Assembly: GCA_964016885.1 (NCBI GenBank)
Contig: OZ024740.1
Location: 302,870,001 to 302,934,000, forward strand
Source of the DNA: Eledone cirrhosa
Taxonomy: Eukaryota
DNA: 64,000 nt
Direction: 5' to 3'
The position numbers and the translations under genes are program-made. The first letter of the stretch is position 1, and each line of letters opens with the position of its first letter. This document shows positions 24,944-39,039 of this stretch, in pieces. Under the pieces are notes generated by a model, which saw only the letters and a program-made list of their open reading frames with translations, did not search any database and had not been told where the DNA came from.

Positions 24944-25637
24944 CGTATATATATATATATATATATTTAGGATATACTTGTTATTTGCTCTAGAATATAA
25001 CTATAATGGATTTTAAGTATCTTATAGTTAGCAAAGCACCTAATAAAACTTATTATTCTCCAAAATGTATGTTAGTTTTTGTATACATGTCACTACACCA
25101 TTGTGTAAGAATTCCTTAGTTAATCGTCTAAACATTGTTGTCAAGAAATTGATATTCCTGTAAAATTGCTCGCGTGGAAATTCGAGAACTGTTGTATCCG
25201 CTATCTAGAATGTATAAAGAAATACAAATGTTTGAGTAGTTTTTATTTTTTTCAAATCCTCAACTAATTTACTTTATCTTTACGTTTACAATCCATGAAA
25301 TAACTCTGGCGAAATAAAATTTGTTTCTGTTAAAACAAATTAATTATTTCTGGTGCAAACTTTCCATCAGAATGAGATTCCTTTTTTGTCTGCCATAAAA
25401 ATTTGGTTTCGAAACGGCCACTCTACTCGTGTTATTAACCTTCCAAATTCTTATTGTTGAGACAATATTTTTGTAAACACTGTTAAAATATAATTATGTT
25501 ACACAGTGTAAAACTTTCAGTTAGTAATTTTGAAGAAATTATAGAAATGATAGCTTAAACGGAAAATTATGAAGTCAGTATAATTTAGAGAAATAAAATA
25601 ACTGTTAGTTACCTATTTTATAGGAAAATAGAGAAAG

Positions 25638-25943
25638 TACTCTCGAGATTCAAATAATAGTTGTGTTGAAATAAGCGGGGGTGGGGAGGAATCGATAATT
25701 TTTCTAGGTTGTCTCCCTTGATTCTTTTAAACTAGAATTGAGACCCCCAGCCAATCCAATTTATATTATAACGTATGGGTTGACATGTAATATTCTTTTT
25801 TTGTCATGTATAATGTTTTTTTAATATCTAAAGAAAATGAATTGTCGCAGGAATGCTACCACTTTAAATAAAGTTTCATCGGAGATAGATTAGCAAAATT
25901 TAATAAGCGAGGGTGGGGGTCGATTATCCGAGAACCGAGAGTA
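25638..25943. mobile_element. MITE with TACTCTCG..CGAGAGTA ends; copies at 42582-43043 and 47876-48203
   Basis: Terminal inverted repeats with TA ends and shared interior (aataagcg, ttttctagg.ttatctcc, atgctaccact, gattagcaaa). Confidence 0.78.
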
Positions 25944-27159
25944 GTTCGTATACTTCACCTATTCGCTGAATTAAAGAACTTAATTTTGAATAATCTTTAT
26001 ATGGACCATTAGCTCATCGGAAACACGCTGAAATATTCAGTTTCTGAAGATAGTGATTTGAGCATTATATATGTGCCCAGATAACCTGATTCGCGTGGCC
26101 TAGTGGTAAAGGTATTGGACTTAAGGTCATGTTATCGTGGGTTCGATTCCTGGGCTGGATTGTGTGTTGTGTTCTTGAGCAAAACATTGCATTTTACGTT
26201 ACTCTTGTATACTCAGCTGAAAATGAGTACCAGTAATGGCTGGAGGGTTTAACCTGGACTCTCTTCCTGTCCATGTTGGAGTCTTGTACTCTCAGTCGTT
26301 TCGCACCACGAGACCGGGATAAGCACCGCTCTGACGAGTTTCCTGTCTTAAAACAGATTTTAAATTCTTTCAACACTTTCGGTGACTAATGTCAAAGTCA
26401 AAAACTAAAGCAATTTCTAATTTCTTCTGTCTACTATTTGTCAATGTATATAAGCTTTCAGTAATTTTCACACTAATTTTCTTTTATTCCGCAAAGAGTG
26501 TTGCGGTAATTTGGAAACAGTTATTCTCCATTTACGGAATTGGAAATTGTATTTATTTGAAGAAACTACACTCTTCGAAGATTAAGTTTTAGAGAAAACT
26601 GACAATGCGAACACATAATGTTTCCAAAGGCTATCTTTTTATCTTTGTAATCACGAAAATAGAGAAAATATCCAATTAAAGAGTTTAATAGATCACCTTC
26701 AACGTTCAAGAGTCAGGGTTAATGTATCTATGAATTTCATTAAAGCAAATTATACATGGTGAAGTTTCAAATTTCGAAATACTTTGAAGCGTGGAGGAAC
26801 AACAGTCGGAAATTTTGTTTATTTTTTAGTTTGTTTTGATTTTTATATTTTGTTGTTGTGTTTTACTTGTTACGCGGAACACTTGTTCAAAAAATGTAAA
26901 TTACGATCTGGGCCTTCAAATTGCATAGCAATGGGATACATTATGTAGTGAACGCTTAGTTACCGATTGTGTAACTGGGTTTTGGTTTATAGTTGCAGAT
27001 ATTTTATCATATTTATCTTACTGATGCATTTGATATAAATGTGATTGTCGCTAATCATATTTCATAATGACGACTAATCATTTAATCATGCATTCACTGT
27101 GAACAGATAAAATATAAACTGTTTTTTTTAGGGGGATGGTTCTAAATCAAATCAGGATA

Positions 27160-27428
27160 TACGTGTGGTTAAAATGTCTCAGGAAAGAATCGCTGGACAG
27201 ATTTTACGGGTAAAGCCAACTGGCAGTAGACCTAGGAGTAGACCCCGAGAGTGATGGGTGGATAACATACATGAGATCGGCTGGTCTCGCTTGGGATCCA
27301 GCCTGGTCAGTTAGAGACGGTTGCTTCTGACAGGACCCGCTGGAAGGAGGTTTTGAGGACTCTGCCCCCACGACCCTCTGGGGGAGGAGGACGCAGAGAA
27401 GAAGAAGAAGAAGAAGAAGAAGAAGAAA
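27160..27428 (+). mobile_element. RTE-clade LINE 3' end with (GAA)n tail; copies at ~58655-58995 (-) and ~61315-61615 (-)
   Basis: VVKMSQERIAGQILRVKPTGSRPRSRPR..WVDNI..WSRLG..ASDRTRW..LPPRP. Confidence 0.8.
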
Positions 27429-28819
27429 GGATATACGTAAAAGATTAACTGGCTGATTAAATAATTGATTGATTAAGTGATTGGTTAATTAAGTGGTTGA
27501 TTTATTTATTTCTACATTTAATAGTCTATTGCTACATCTCAGCTATAGCATACAATAAAGCAGTGAGATAGTGTTATACGAATAATGGCTGGACAGTGGA
27601 AATATGTGAAACCATCAAAGTCATAGCTCTGCGTGGAATGGTATAAATGATCGAATATAATGAGCTATGTAGTAAACAGATAGCATATAGAATTATGATT
27701 GTAATGGTCGAATGTATAAAGCGATGGCAAAAAAAAAATTAAAAGCAAAACATTGTAATCGGAGGGAAATGGTGGCTGTCTATGTCTGCAGAAATCAATA
27801 AAGTTTACAAAACAGAATATACGTTTCTATATCGTGTAGAACAGAAAAATATTCGATAATGACAAGTATGTTGGAAGTTTATGTATTAAAATGAATAGTG
27901 TAAGGAAGGTGATAGGAAGGGTTACCAGACAGAGATTATACTGGTAGGTCAAAGACAGAGCAGTGAGGAGAGATAATAGATGTAAGAAAGGGATGAGATG
28001 GTAATTGAATGCCTAGAACCATAGTAAAAGAGGCCTGATTCATGGAACCAGTGTAGTAATGCATGAGTCATCTCTCATTGTACTATATTATTTTAGGTAT
28101 ATCTTCTCAAACAACATATAAATTGAATGCGGTTATACAGATAGCTAGACTATGTAATACATTTTAATCGAGACACATTACCAAATGGAAGTTATTAATA
28201 TATTGCTAATCCTGTCTTTGTTTTCAGGTGTGTTGGCAACTATTTCAATATCCAGCTACAGAATAAAAAAAGATAGAACAAGTAGAACAAATATAGCATT
28301 AGTTGCTAATGTATATGAACATAATGACTTATTGTTTCGCTTTTGTAAACATGTGGTTTCCATATGCAATAGTGTCCCTTTGAAATAGGATTTAGCAATT
28401 ATTTATCGATTTGTGTCTGCAAGAATATAAAGAAGAGGAAGGAGCCTACACTAAAGTAATAATTATTAATGAAAGAAACATTTTGTCCTTGACATACATG
28501 ACTACATTTATGCACAATTTCACCATGGTGGTTAAGAGAAAAGAGTACTCAATACCGAACTAGAGTTCAAATATTCATTATAATACGACTAGATAATTAG
28601 TCTTGTTACACTGGAGATTCACCTGTTTGCCATAGTGTGATCAAACAAGTTCTTGTCCATTATTCAACAGGGTACTCGATACCTGGGATAGTAGAATATG
28701 ACTATATTAGAAAGAGTCTAGATGAAAGAGCACTAAATGTTTTTACAGGTAGTTTCAGGTTCTAGAACTAACGGTAGAAACGGCAACATCTCAATTGTCG
28801 GGCCTCTACTTTTTCTAAG

Positions 28820-28907
<88 letters not shown>

Positions 28908-28908
28908 T

Positions 28909-29112
28909 AGAAAGACCACAAACCCTCCATCTCAACTCTACTTTTGAAAAGCAGAAGAACTCCGAAACCGGTAAAGGAACCAAATAAATATATATTTAAA
29001 AAAAAAAAGACTCCAGTTGCATTTTCGATTTCATCTTTTTTCCTTATACTTTCACTCGTGTAGGAAACCTCGGTTATTTTTCATTTTATAAAAAAAAAAC
29101 CTCTCTTTCGAA
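28909..29112 (+). mobile_element. Second copy of the U3:A8 HHR element
   Basis: Reverse complement of ~499-698; between (TG)n and (TA)n. Confidence 0.7.
28941..28976 (+). ncRNA. Hammerhead ribozyme variant with U3:A8 core (second copy)
   Basis: cuu UUGAAAA gcag aagaa cucc GAAA ccgg UA aag; one stem II mismatch. Confidence 0.55.
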
Positions 29113-29137
29113 TTATATGTATATATATATATATATA

Positions 29138-29538
29138 TATTGTTATACTTGGGGAGGGTCATATTTGTGTAATATTGCCAGAATTAATAACAGAACACAC
29201 TCACTGATTGGTTGGTTTTCGCTTTTCGCTTCTGTGTCTTTTATATCGGTAATCTAATTTATTCGGTCCTCAATGTTGCCATTGACTGACATACAATGCA
29301 ACAGGAGGAAACAATACAATAGCACCACTGACGATGTTACAGATGTGCAACGAAAGATTTATGATAAACTATATATATGTGTTTGTGTCTATATTGTATC
29401 TGTATTATTTTGAATAAATTAGATTACCGATATAAAAGACACAGAAGCGAAAAGCGAAAACTAACCAAACAGTGAGTGTGTTCTGTTATTAATTCTGGCA
29501 ATATTACACAAATATGACCCTCCCCAAGTATAACAATA
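29138..29538. repeat. Fold-back, ~127-bp arms around an HHR-containing spacer
   Basis: Arms 29138-29264 / 29412-29538; flanked by (TA)n. Confidence 0.9.
29324..29365 (+). ncRNA. Slightly decayed type I hammerhead in the spacer of a fold-back
   Basis: acca CUGACGA u guuaca gaug ugcaac GAAA gauu UA ugau; one mismatch each in stems I and II. Confidence 0.6.
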
Positions 29539-29592
29539 TTTGTTTCGACACTCGATTTCATATAAAAAACCTCGCAAAACTAATTCATCGCC

Positions 29593-29698
<106 letters not shown>

Positions 29699-29917
29699 CA
29701 TATATATATATATATATACATACATATATATATATATATATATACATATATACATATATAAATACATGTATATATAGTTAGGGAAGCAGAAAATTGCTTT
29801 TTTGATCTAGTTTGTGGTTAAGAAAGCCAGTTTCATGGATGGTTTCAACGTACGGTTAGGGGTAACTCCACAAGTTTGTAAGATTCCATTCAATCTTGGA
29901 GTATAAAGTATGAAAGA

Positions 29918-30180
29918 GAAAACACAGGTAAGCATTAAGAGAAGGATTCTATCCAGGTATTTACGACCGTTTTATTGGTAAGTGCAACCTTATATTGCTA
30001 TACTGCAAATAGCAGCCACTCAATTATAATTGTTGTTCACAGTCCAAATTTTCAACTGTGAAGAACAATTATAATTGAGTGGCTGCTGTTTGCAGTATAG
30101 CAATATAAGGTTGCACTTACCAATGAAACGGTCGTAAATACCTGGATATAATCCTTCTCTTAATGCTTACCTGTGTTTTC
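29918..30180. repeat. Fold-back, 126-bp arms, 11-bp spacer, HHR 3' half
   Basis: Arms 29918-30043 / 30055-30180; taag-gttgca-ctta..GAAAcggUCguaa; followed by ~470 bp of (TA)n. Confidence 0.9.
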
Positions 30181-30186
30181 TTTTTT

Positions 30187-30660
<474 letters not shown>

Positions 30661-30734
30661 TATTCCGAGTTGAATCGGAGGTAACCACATGATGATTTCT
30701 CACGAATGAAACAGTTCTAGTCCTGTAGAAGCTC

Positions 30735-30781
<47 letters not shown>

Positions 30782-31024
30782 CGTATATATATATATATGT
30801 ATGTATGTGCGTATGCGAGGTTAAGTGTGCATCCATACATATGAATGATAACTCAAGTGTTTGGGCTGCCCTTTGCTTAGCTCGAGCAGTCGAACGGTCA
30901 AGTCTATTTCTTTCAAGCCAGAGGAGATATATCAAAACGCTAGGTCTATTCCTGATTCTTCATATTTGCTCTGACACAAAGGTGTGACGCGGGGTGACAA
31001 ATTTGTGTCAAGGGTTATATCGTT

Positions 31025-31152
31025 AATTGTTTCTACTTTTGGCACAAGGCCAGCAATTATTCCAGTGTATTACTGGTACTTTATTTTATCTACCCCGTAA
31101 GGATGAAAGGCAAAGTTAACCTTGGCGGGATTTGAACTCAGACCGTAAAGGG
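31025..31152 (-). mobile_element. SINE (5'-truncated)
   Basis: Reverse complement of the SINE consensus. Confidence 0.85.
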
Positions 31153-31668
31153 TTATATCATTAATGCTTCTTTATAATCTTATGTGAACAAACTTTAATT
31201 AGAGTAGCACAGGTTTATATAATTAGGTTCAGTGAAACGATCAAGGTGTACGATCAAATGAATCTGTGAGTGAAAAAGCTTCAAAAGCTACGGTTTGGTG
31301 CTTAAAATTTGGGACTATTGTGGTATGCATTTGATTTACTCAGACCGAGTAGCACGGGCTAGGCTAGAGTCTGTGCAGATATATATATACACACACATAT
31401 ATATGTGTGTGTGTGTGTGTGCGTGTATTGTGTCTATGCGTGCGTGTGTATGTATGTATGTATATATATATAGATGTATATGTGTTTGTGTCTATATATA
31501 TAAGCCATGTTGTTCTATATATTACATGAAACTGGTGTCACAACTGTAATGCTGTTGTCTCAATGCCCAAGTTGAGCAGCGCAATATGTTCTTCACTCCG
31601 CAACAAATGAGCACCAGTATTAGTTATTGTTAATGTGACAGGTTCAATGCCAGCATGAAATAAACGGT

Positions 31669-31720
<52 letters not shown>

Positions 31721-31721
<1 letters not shown>

Positions 31722-31900
31722 GTAGGTCCCGGGTTGAGTCGGGGATAACCACAGTAAGTAAAGTACTCAATACATGGCAGAGTAAAAATGTTTTTATTTC
31801 ATAGAAGGAGCTTCTACAGGACTAGTACTGTTTCATTCAGGAAGATTTCATCTGAATGAAACAGTACTAGTCCTGTAGAAGCTCCTTCTATAAAATAAAA
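31721..31900. mobile_element. Family B HHR-like fold-back element; related copies at 30661-30740 and 49290-49442
   Basis: Arms ~31792-31839 / 31852-31900; shared (c)tga.gatttc..gaatGAAACAGT.CTAGTCCTGTAGAA and cc.ggttga.tcgg.g.taaccac ends; all in (TA)n. Confidence 0.72.
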
Positions 31901-32084
31901 TAAAAAATATATATATATATATATATATATATACAGGGAGTGTATCGCGGAGTTACTGTAGGTTCACCAGGGTGAAAACTCGATGTTTAGGTTCACGTCG
32001 GTATCGAGGTGTAGAGCTAGATAGAGTGTAGTATAATAAAACAAGGACGAATGGTTACTCATATATATATGTGTATGTATGTAC

Positions 32085-32150
<66 letters not shown>

Positions 32151-32428
32151 TGGCTACTGATCTTTCATAAATTACCTTCTTTTTTCACGCTCGTCTACCG
32201 TTCTGTTTCTTCTTTTCTCCTTCTCCCATTCTTTCTTGCGATGAAAGACTAACGTCCAAAGAATTTAAACACTTTTCCTACTATATTAAACGTTAAATTA
32301 ATGTTTATCATCATTATACTGTATCATTCTCACCTGTTGTTTCTCCTTGTTGACTATTATCATACATACACCTGTATTTGTGTTTGAGTGCATGTTTGTG
32401 TTTGGGTGCTTATGTGTGTGAGTGCCTT

Positions 32429-32590
32429 TGTGTATGTATGTGTGTTCATGTGTGTGGTTGTATCTCTGTGTATGTATGTGTGTTCATGTGTGTGGTTGTA
32501 TCTCTGTGTATGTATGTGTGTTCATGTGTGTGGTTGTATCTCTGTGTATGTATGTGTGTTCATGTGTGTGGTTGTATCTCTGTGTATGTA
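32429..32590 (+). repeat. 38-bp minisatellite, ~4 copies
   Basis: tgtgtatgtatgtgtgttcatgtgtgtggttgtatctc repeated. Confidence 0.9.
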
Positions 32591-32699
32591 TTAAAATCAG
32601 AACATAGACATGAAAAAAATAATGAGTGCTGCAGAAAGAGAAAATAGCGGACGATATTAACCTACTTTCATCGGGAATTACCCAAAGACAAAATTATCT

Positions 32700-34050
32700 C
32701 AAGTAAATCCCCAAATATAACAGCAACAGTCCGAACGTGTGTCAGAATGTTTCAAACCGCGAATATTCGTATATTCGTCTACAACCACCTTTAGGAAACA
32801 CTACGCAGAAGGACAGCATTTCCTTAAAATAAGATATTGCGAGAGAATAAAAACAGATCACAACAGAAGTGCAAGAAAAAACATATTTTTGCAATTGACT
32901 CAGAGGATATTACAGAGGATAACATCAGCAATTACTGATCCGTATAGAGCCAAGGATCGTGATGTTTTAGCGTAGAAACCTAACCAGATTCCGAGAAAAC
33001 TCTGCCTTCTTTTGAATAGACCTGCTCACTCAGATGAATCATTGAGGGATTCATGACTAAAACTCTTCAGGCAACTTTAATATTTTTAACTTTTCATATG
33101 CCTTCGATGCTGTTCATCGATGCAATAAGAGCAAATTCTTTTTCACGTGTGAGAAACCACAAGAAAGAATAGAAGCAGTTATAATATTCTACAAAATTAC
33201 AGGAGCTAAAGTACGGTCAATGATGGAGACACCGTCCCACGATTTTTGTTTATTATCTGCTTGGAATAGGTCATTTGCATAACAATTAATGACATTAAAG
33301 AATCCGACTTCACTCCCAGAAACTCCGACTCTTCTTGCCAACTAGCCAAACAATAAATGATATTTATTATGCTGAGACACGATTTTAAAAGCTACCAATC
33401 TTCTACACAGCTTTGAAAAAAACGGCAAACGATATCGGGATGTATATCAATATGTGAAAGATTACATTTAGGAGGGCTCAAAAATCACAATCAAACAAAA
33501 CCTACTAAAATATCTGGATTCCTTAGTATACTTAGAAGGCAACATTGCAGCCATACAAAATGGTATAAAAACTCGTCTTACAAGAGCATGAGGTATTCGT
33601 GGTGACCTCGATGACCTAGTAAAGCTGTCACTGTGAGATGATCTTAAAAGAAACTTCTGTATTAGCGTGAAATTTGTGTTATATTCCGGGTCCACTACCT
33701 GCATACCCACGGAATAACTAGAGGCAAACTTTGGTTGGCTTGCATTCACATGTTACTGGCCATTATGAATGTCTCCTGAAGGAGAATTCGAGCAATCAAG
33801 GATTGTGTGGCAATGTTTTCGCAATCACCGATGATATTAGAGAGAGTCGCTTACACTTTATAGTATATTGCTGGAGAGCTAAAATAGAACTCGTTATGTT
33901 AAATATTCCGATGTCACCACGACTTGGATATGATAGTTATGTATGGATAAGCGATGTTGCCCTGCCAACGCTTCAAACGCTATAAAGGTTCGAGAAGGTT
34001 AGCTTGACCAACTCAAAAAAATCTAAACAGGCTCGAGCAGAGTTTATCAC
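32700..34050 (+). pseudogene. Decayed RTE-like reverse transcriptase
   Basis: AFDAVHR, YYAE (for YADD), KYLDS remnants with many stops. Confidence 0.5.
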
Positions 34051-34849
34051 TTACATATTCTACGCCTTTTGTCTTCATTTCAGTTTCTTTTATGCATAGT
34101 TTCCTTAATACATATTTTTTCCGTGCTTCTCCCAAATTGGAAAGATAAGTTTTGAAACGTTATTCATCCTACTAGTACTGCCATAGTCATCTAATTGGCA
34201 AGCAATATAGATCTATCTTTTAAATGATAACTATCGTGTATTAACATTTAGATTCATCTCTGAAGAATATTTACTGAGGAGCTTTTCTCCAACCCTAATG
34301 GTAATATTTTTATCCACTATCAATAACTACTCTACTAATTTAGTTTGATGTCTATTATTCAGGATGTAGTATTTCTATATGACAATAGAATACTTTTTAT
34401 CTCTTGACCTTTCTTTTCATTAATGAAAAAGTCATCTTTAAAATTGTTTATCATTTAGCTACATACGATTCTTATTTCTTCAAGTATCTACTTAAAGATT
34501 TCAAATGTTACCATCAAATAATAAATTATAGACATAAGATATGTTGTACGAACAAACCTACAGATATATATCCTACGTATCTATTATAATATAAACGTTT
34601 TCTTTTCGTATTTTGTCACACACACTATTATAGTATATGTATTGAAACGAGAGAAACTCTATGTTGTCACCTAAAAATGCAAGATCATATTGGATAATAT
34701 GTTCCTGTACGCGCTATTCCTGATGAGGCATAAACACAGTTCGATACATGAAAACGTAGACGTGCCTCGTCTATTTTCCAATCTATGAACTACATCCGGT
34801 TCATCTCCCTCATTGCAAGTTTCCTGTTAAATCGCTGATGAGGCTCTAA

Positions 34850-35560
34850 ATAGCCTACATTTTATCAACAGAGGTATACACTTTGATTCTATTATGCCCC
34901 ACCATCAACACCGCATTCATTAACCGGTATATTAATTATTTGTTTTTCATTTCCTACAAATCCTGCACCTACGCAGATGAGGCATTTTTTCACTCCTTCA
35001 TAATCTTACGTAGACAAACGTCCTTTTCGTGCACCCTAAATAGTTTACGTCAGCTTCATACAGCTTCCAGAAACAAACAACTTGAAAACAATCTACAATT
35101 ATGATATGAGAGCATTGTTTCATTCTACGGCACAATATTATATTCAACTATCTCCTTTCTTGTATAACATGCAAGTAAAACCTGCAACGTCATTACAAAT
35201 ACAACTCGTGGACTCTTTGGAACTTTCCCAGCATGCTCGCATAACTAACATAGAGATTACTGCATAATAAACGACTAGCTTTTCTCTACATGTCTAGGAA
35301 ATACGACAGGTCTTATCATTTACTGACTCTGGGCAAGCCTCAAGTAAAACCCATGTTGTAAATATGCACCCATATCTGGGATAGTGCTGCTGTTATATTT
35401 TACAACTCATACAAAAAAAGCAATCCGATTGATTATGAAAAATAATCATTGAAAAACACACCACGAATTCTAGCCAGCAAATACACTGTCACTTTATTAT
35501 TTCTATTATATCGCTCCTACTTCTCGTAACGCATAGTGTATCTCCCTCCCAGCAACCCAT
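34850..35560 (+). pseudogene. Decayed CR1/L2-group LINE fragment
   Basis: FIN, TYADE..FHS, QVKP..C.HIWDSAA remnants. Confidence 0.45.
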
Positions 35561-36022
35561 ACTAATCACTTTTCCCCAGGCAACCAATGTAAATATTAAT
35601 AGAATATATTACTGGAAAAATTTACACAGGGAAGCTATAAGAATAATAGGTATGCCGGTGTGAACACACCCATATATATATAGTGTTAAGTATTTCCGTC
35701 GAAAAGGTAAACGACGCCATATAATAATCCCATTTCCAAAGGTTTCAAGAAACTAGACGATCCTTATAGAAACGTCAAGCCCGTTCATCAGATGAAAAAA
35801 AAAGAAAATATATATATATAGCTGTTGTGTTACTACTTATAACCGATTGTGTTCTTATTTCTGTTTACCTTTTACATACATATATATATAAGTAGTAACA
35901 CAACAGTTAGTTCACAATACCGAACTAACTGTTGTGTTACTACTTCTACCAAACTCGTCCCATGGACTGAGTGCTCTACCACTACGGATATTTCCTTACA
36001 GTGTTCTACCTCTATCTCTCTC

Positions 36023-36054
<32 letters not shown>

Positions 36055-36196
36055 TAGATGCGCGCTGTGATTGGAAATGTAATACTGATCGGATTAATGT
36101 CTGAACTCTCTTTTACCTATCTTACAGTGAAATATAAAATCACATTTGAGCTTTGAAATATTATTTTCCTTTATATATTTGTTATATATATATATT

Positions 36197-36274
<78 letters not shown>

Positions 36275-36562
36275 CGCTAAACAACTTTGGCTCACTGTTT
36301 ATCAAGTACCTGTTTATCAAGTATTTGTTTATCAAGTACCAGAAAGATATAATAAAACCACAAATGGTAACTGATAGCTATGCAATATAAATTGGAGAAT
36401 GGAGTATCTTGAAGATGATGAGAGCTGGATTTGTAAAGAAACATTGTACCGCCATGAATGGCAGATAAATGTATAAATCAGACAAGAAGCATACTTATAT
36501 ATATAAGCCTTCATAATACGCAAACGCATCACTTATCCATCTCTCTTCCCCAATCAGTTTAT

Positions 36563-36694
<132 letters not shown>

Positions 36695-36789
36695 GTATAT
36701 ATGTATAAACAGAAACACGCACACATACACACACAAACTTTCTCTCACACACACATATATATTTATATTCATATATCTATATATATATA

Positions 36790-36820
<31 letters not shown>

Positions 36821-36888
36821 CCACTTGAGTAATTTCGTATTATGAAAGAGTGACGCCTCGATATGAAAACACAGGTATTTTATATTTA

Positions 36889-36972
<84 letters not shown>

Positions 36973-37138
36973 AAGAGAGAGAGAGAGACACGGGTGTGTA
37001 TGATTGTGTATAGAAGATTATATTAATAAAAGGAATTCCAACTTTGTCTGATTTACTCGTTTTATTTCCAATCCTTTAAAATGTATAATGGTATTAGAAT
37101 GAAATAGTATGGTAGAATATTAAATGTTAAGTGTTAAT

Positions 37139-37177
37139 TGAACAAGTACTTTCATGCTTTCACAATCTTCAGGTTCA
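37139..37177 (-). ncRNA. Minimal type I hammerhead ribozyme (left arm of fold-back)
   Basis: Exact reverse complement of 37222-37260. Confidence 0.85.
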
Positions 37178-37221
37178 TATTCTGTGGTGAAAATTGCAAA
37201 CTTGACTGTCACCACAGAATA

Positions 37222-37260
37222 TGAACCTGAAGATTGTGAAAGCATGAAAGTACTTGTTCA
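37222..37260 (+). ncRNA. Minimal type I hammerhead ribozyme (right arm of fold-back)
   Basis: ugaac CUGAAGA u ugu gaaa gca u GAAA guac UU guuca; 5-bp stem I, GAAA-capped stem II, palindromic AGUACU stem III. Confidence 0.85.
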
Positions 37261-37372
37261 ATTAACACTTAACATTTAATATTCTACCATACTATTTCAT
37301 TCTATTACCATTATACATTTTAAAGGATTGGAAATAAAACGAGTAAATCAGACAAAGTTGGAATTCCTTTTA

Positions 37373-37430
<58 letters not shown>

Positions 37431-37499
37431 CCCACTTGAGTAATTTCGTATTATGAAAGAGTGACGCCTCGATATGAAAACACAGGTATTTTATATTTA

Positions 37500-37568
<69 letters not shown>

Positions 37569-38249
37569 TTTTATATGTATATATATATGTAATATTGTAT
37601 ACATATATATATATATGTGTGTGGGTGTGATTATTGACTATCATCCTTCCATAAATGTGTTATCCACTTTCCTTCGATGGAATATTCACATTAACACTAC
37701 GAGTTCTAAAATAGGTATAATATTAATGAGTATATGTAAATTTATATATATTTTCATAACTCTCGAGCTATATCTGGAGGTTGAGAGAAAGCTTCCTGGA
37801 CTAAATCATCAAATGGAGGATACCTGAAAGGAGCACGTCCTATATTAATGCAACCCAAAGATGTGTACATTGCAAAGCAGAAAGTCAGCTTATTTTTAAA
37901 ACTTCACTAGAGCCAAATGGCTATTTGAATGTCTGCCTGCATAGCTCAAAATCCCTCCGCCATTTCTTGTCAACACAAAGCAAGCGAACTAAAAGCAGCT
38001 GACACAACCTCACCTCCTATGCAGCTGGTTACTTTACGAACATTATCCAAGTGTCTGCATCACATTTAAAAGAAACATACAGGAAAATAGACTTAAATTT
38101 ATGTTAAATAGTTAATCATTTTCGTTAAGCCAAACCACCACCAACTCCAATCTCCCCTACGATAATGCTATTCATAGATCACTAAAAAATGACATTAAAA
38201 TGTTTAGTTTAAATTTACTTTTGGATTTATCCACGAATCAATTGGAATA

Positions 38250-38340
<91 letters not shown>

Positions 38341-38944
38341 ACACTCTACTAGTCTAGGTATTGAGTATTCTGTTGAATAATGGTCTTACTAGTTTAATAC
38401 TGGAGCACGACCCAACGAAAGACAGGCCCAGTAACAGCATTGAGTGCTTCGGCCAGCGTCGTCGCTAGTAACTACTGGTTACTCACGTAATAACCTATAT
38501 ACGTTTACATTTGGTGGTTTACCACTGGGTAGAATTGGTCATTCTGCAATGTTAACCTGGATGTATTGTGAGAGAAGCATTCGACGTTATGAAATTCATC
38601 CATCTTTGATGTTAAATCATGCTGGTGGTGCGGGAACGGAGTTAAATATATTATAACGTAAAATGGCAGGAGGCCGGACAAGTTGAATTTCCTTAATTAT
38701 TTATTTCTGGAAACACTATGCAGATTTCAGTAGCTATGTTGATTAGGATCCCGGTGACATCTCCAGGTGTAAATTGCATAATAGTTTATACCTATGGAAT
38801 GATGATAAACACATTCCGAGAGGATTTAAGAAGAAAAGCAAAGAAAAAAGAGTGTTTTTGGTTTTGACCCAGAGACGATCGTAGCAGCCTGTTATTATTA
38901 TGCCTCGCCGTCCCTGAGTCATTTTACTTTATAACATATATATA

Positions 38945-39039
<95 letters not shown>

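Larger units (their letters stand above)
37019..37380. repeat. Fold-back, 172-bp arms, 18-bp spacer, two divergent HHRs
   Basis: Arms 37019-37190 / 37209-37380, about one mismatch. Confidence 0.93.
36820..37505. repeat. 75-bp exact direct repeats (36820-36894 and 37431-37505) bracketing the fold-back
   Basis: cccacttgagtaatttcg...tatttattttaa twice, each between (TA)n tracts. Confidence 0.88.

Noticed and set aside
34720-34860. Two CTGATGAGGC motifs
   Set aside because: No correctly placed GAAA-UH or stem I.
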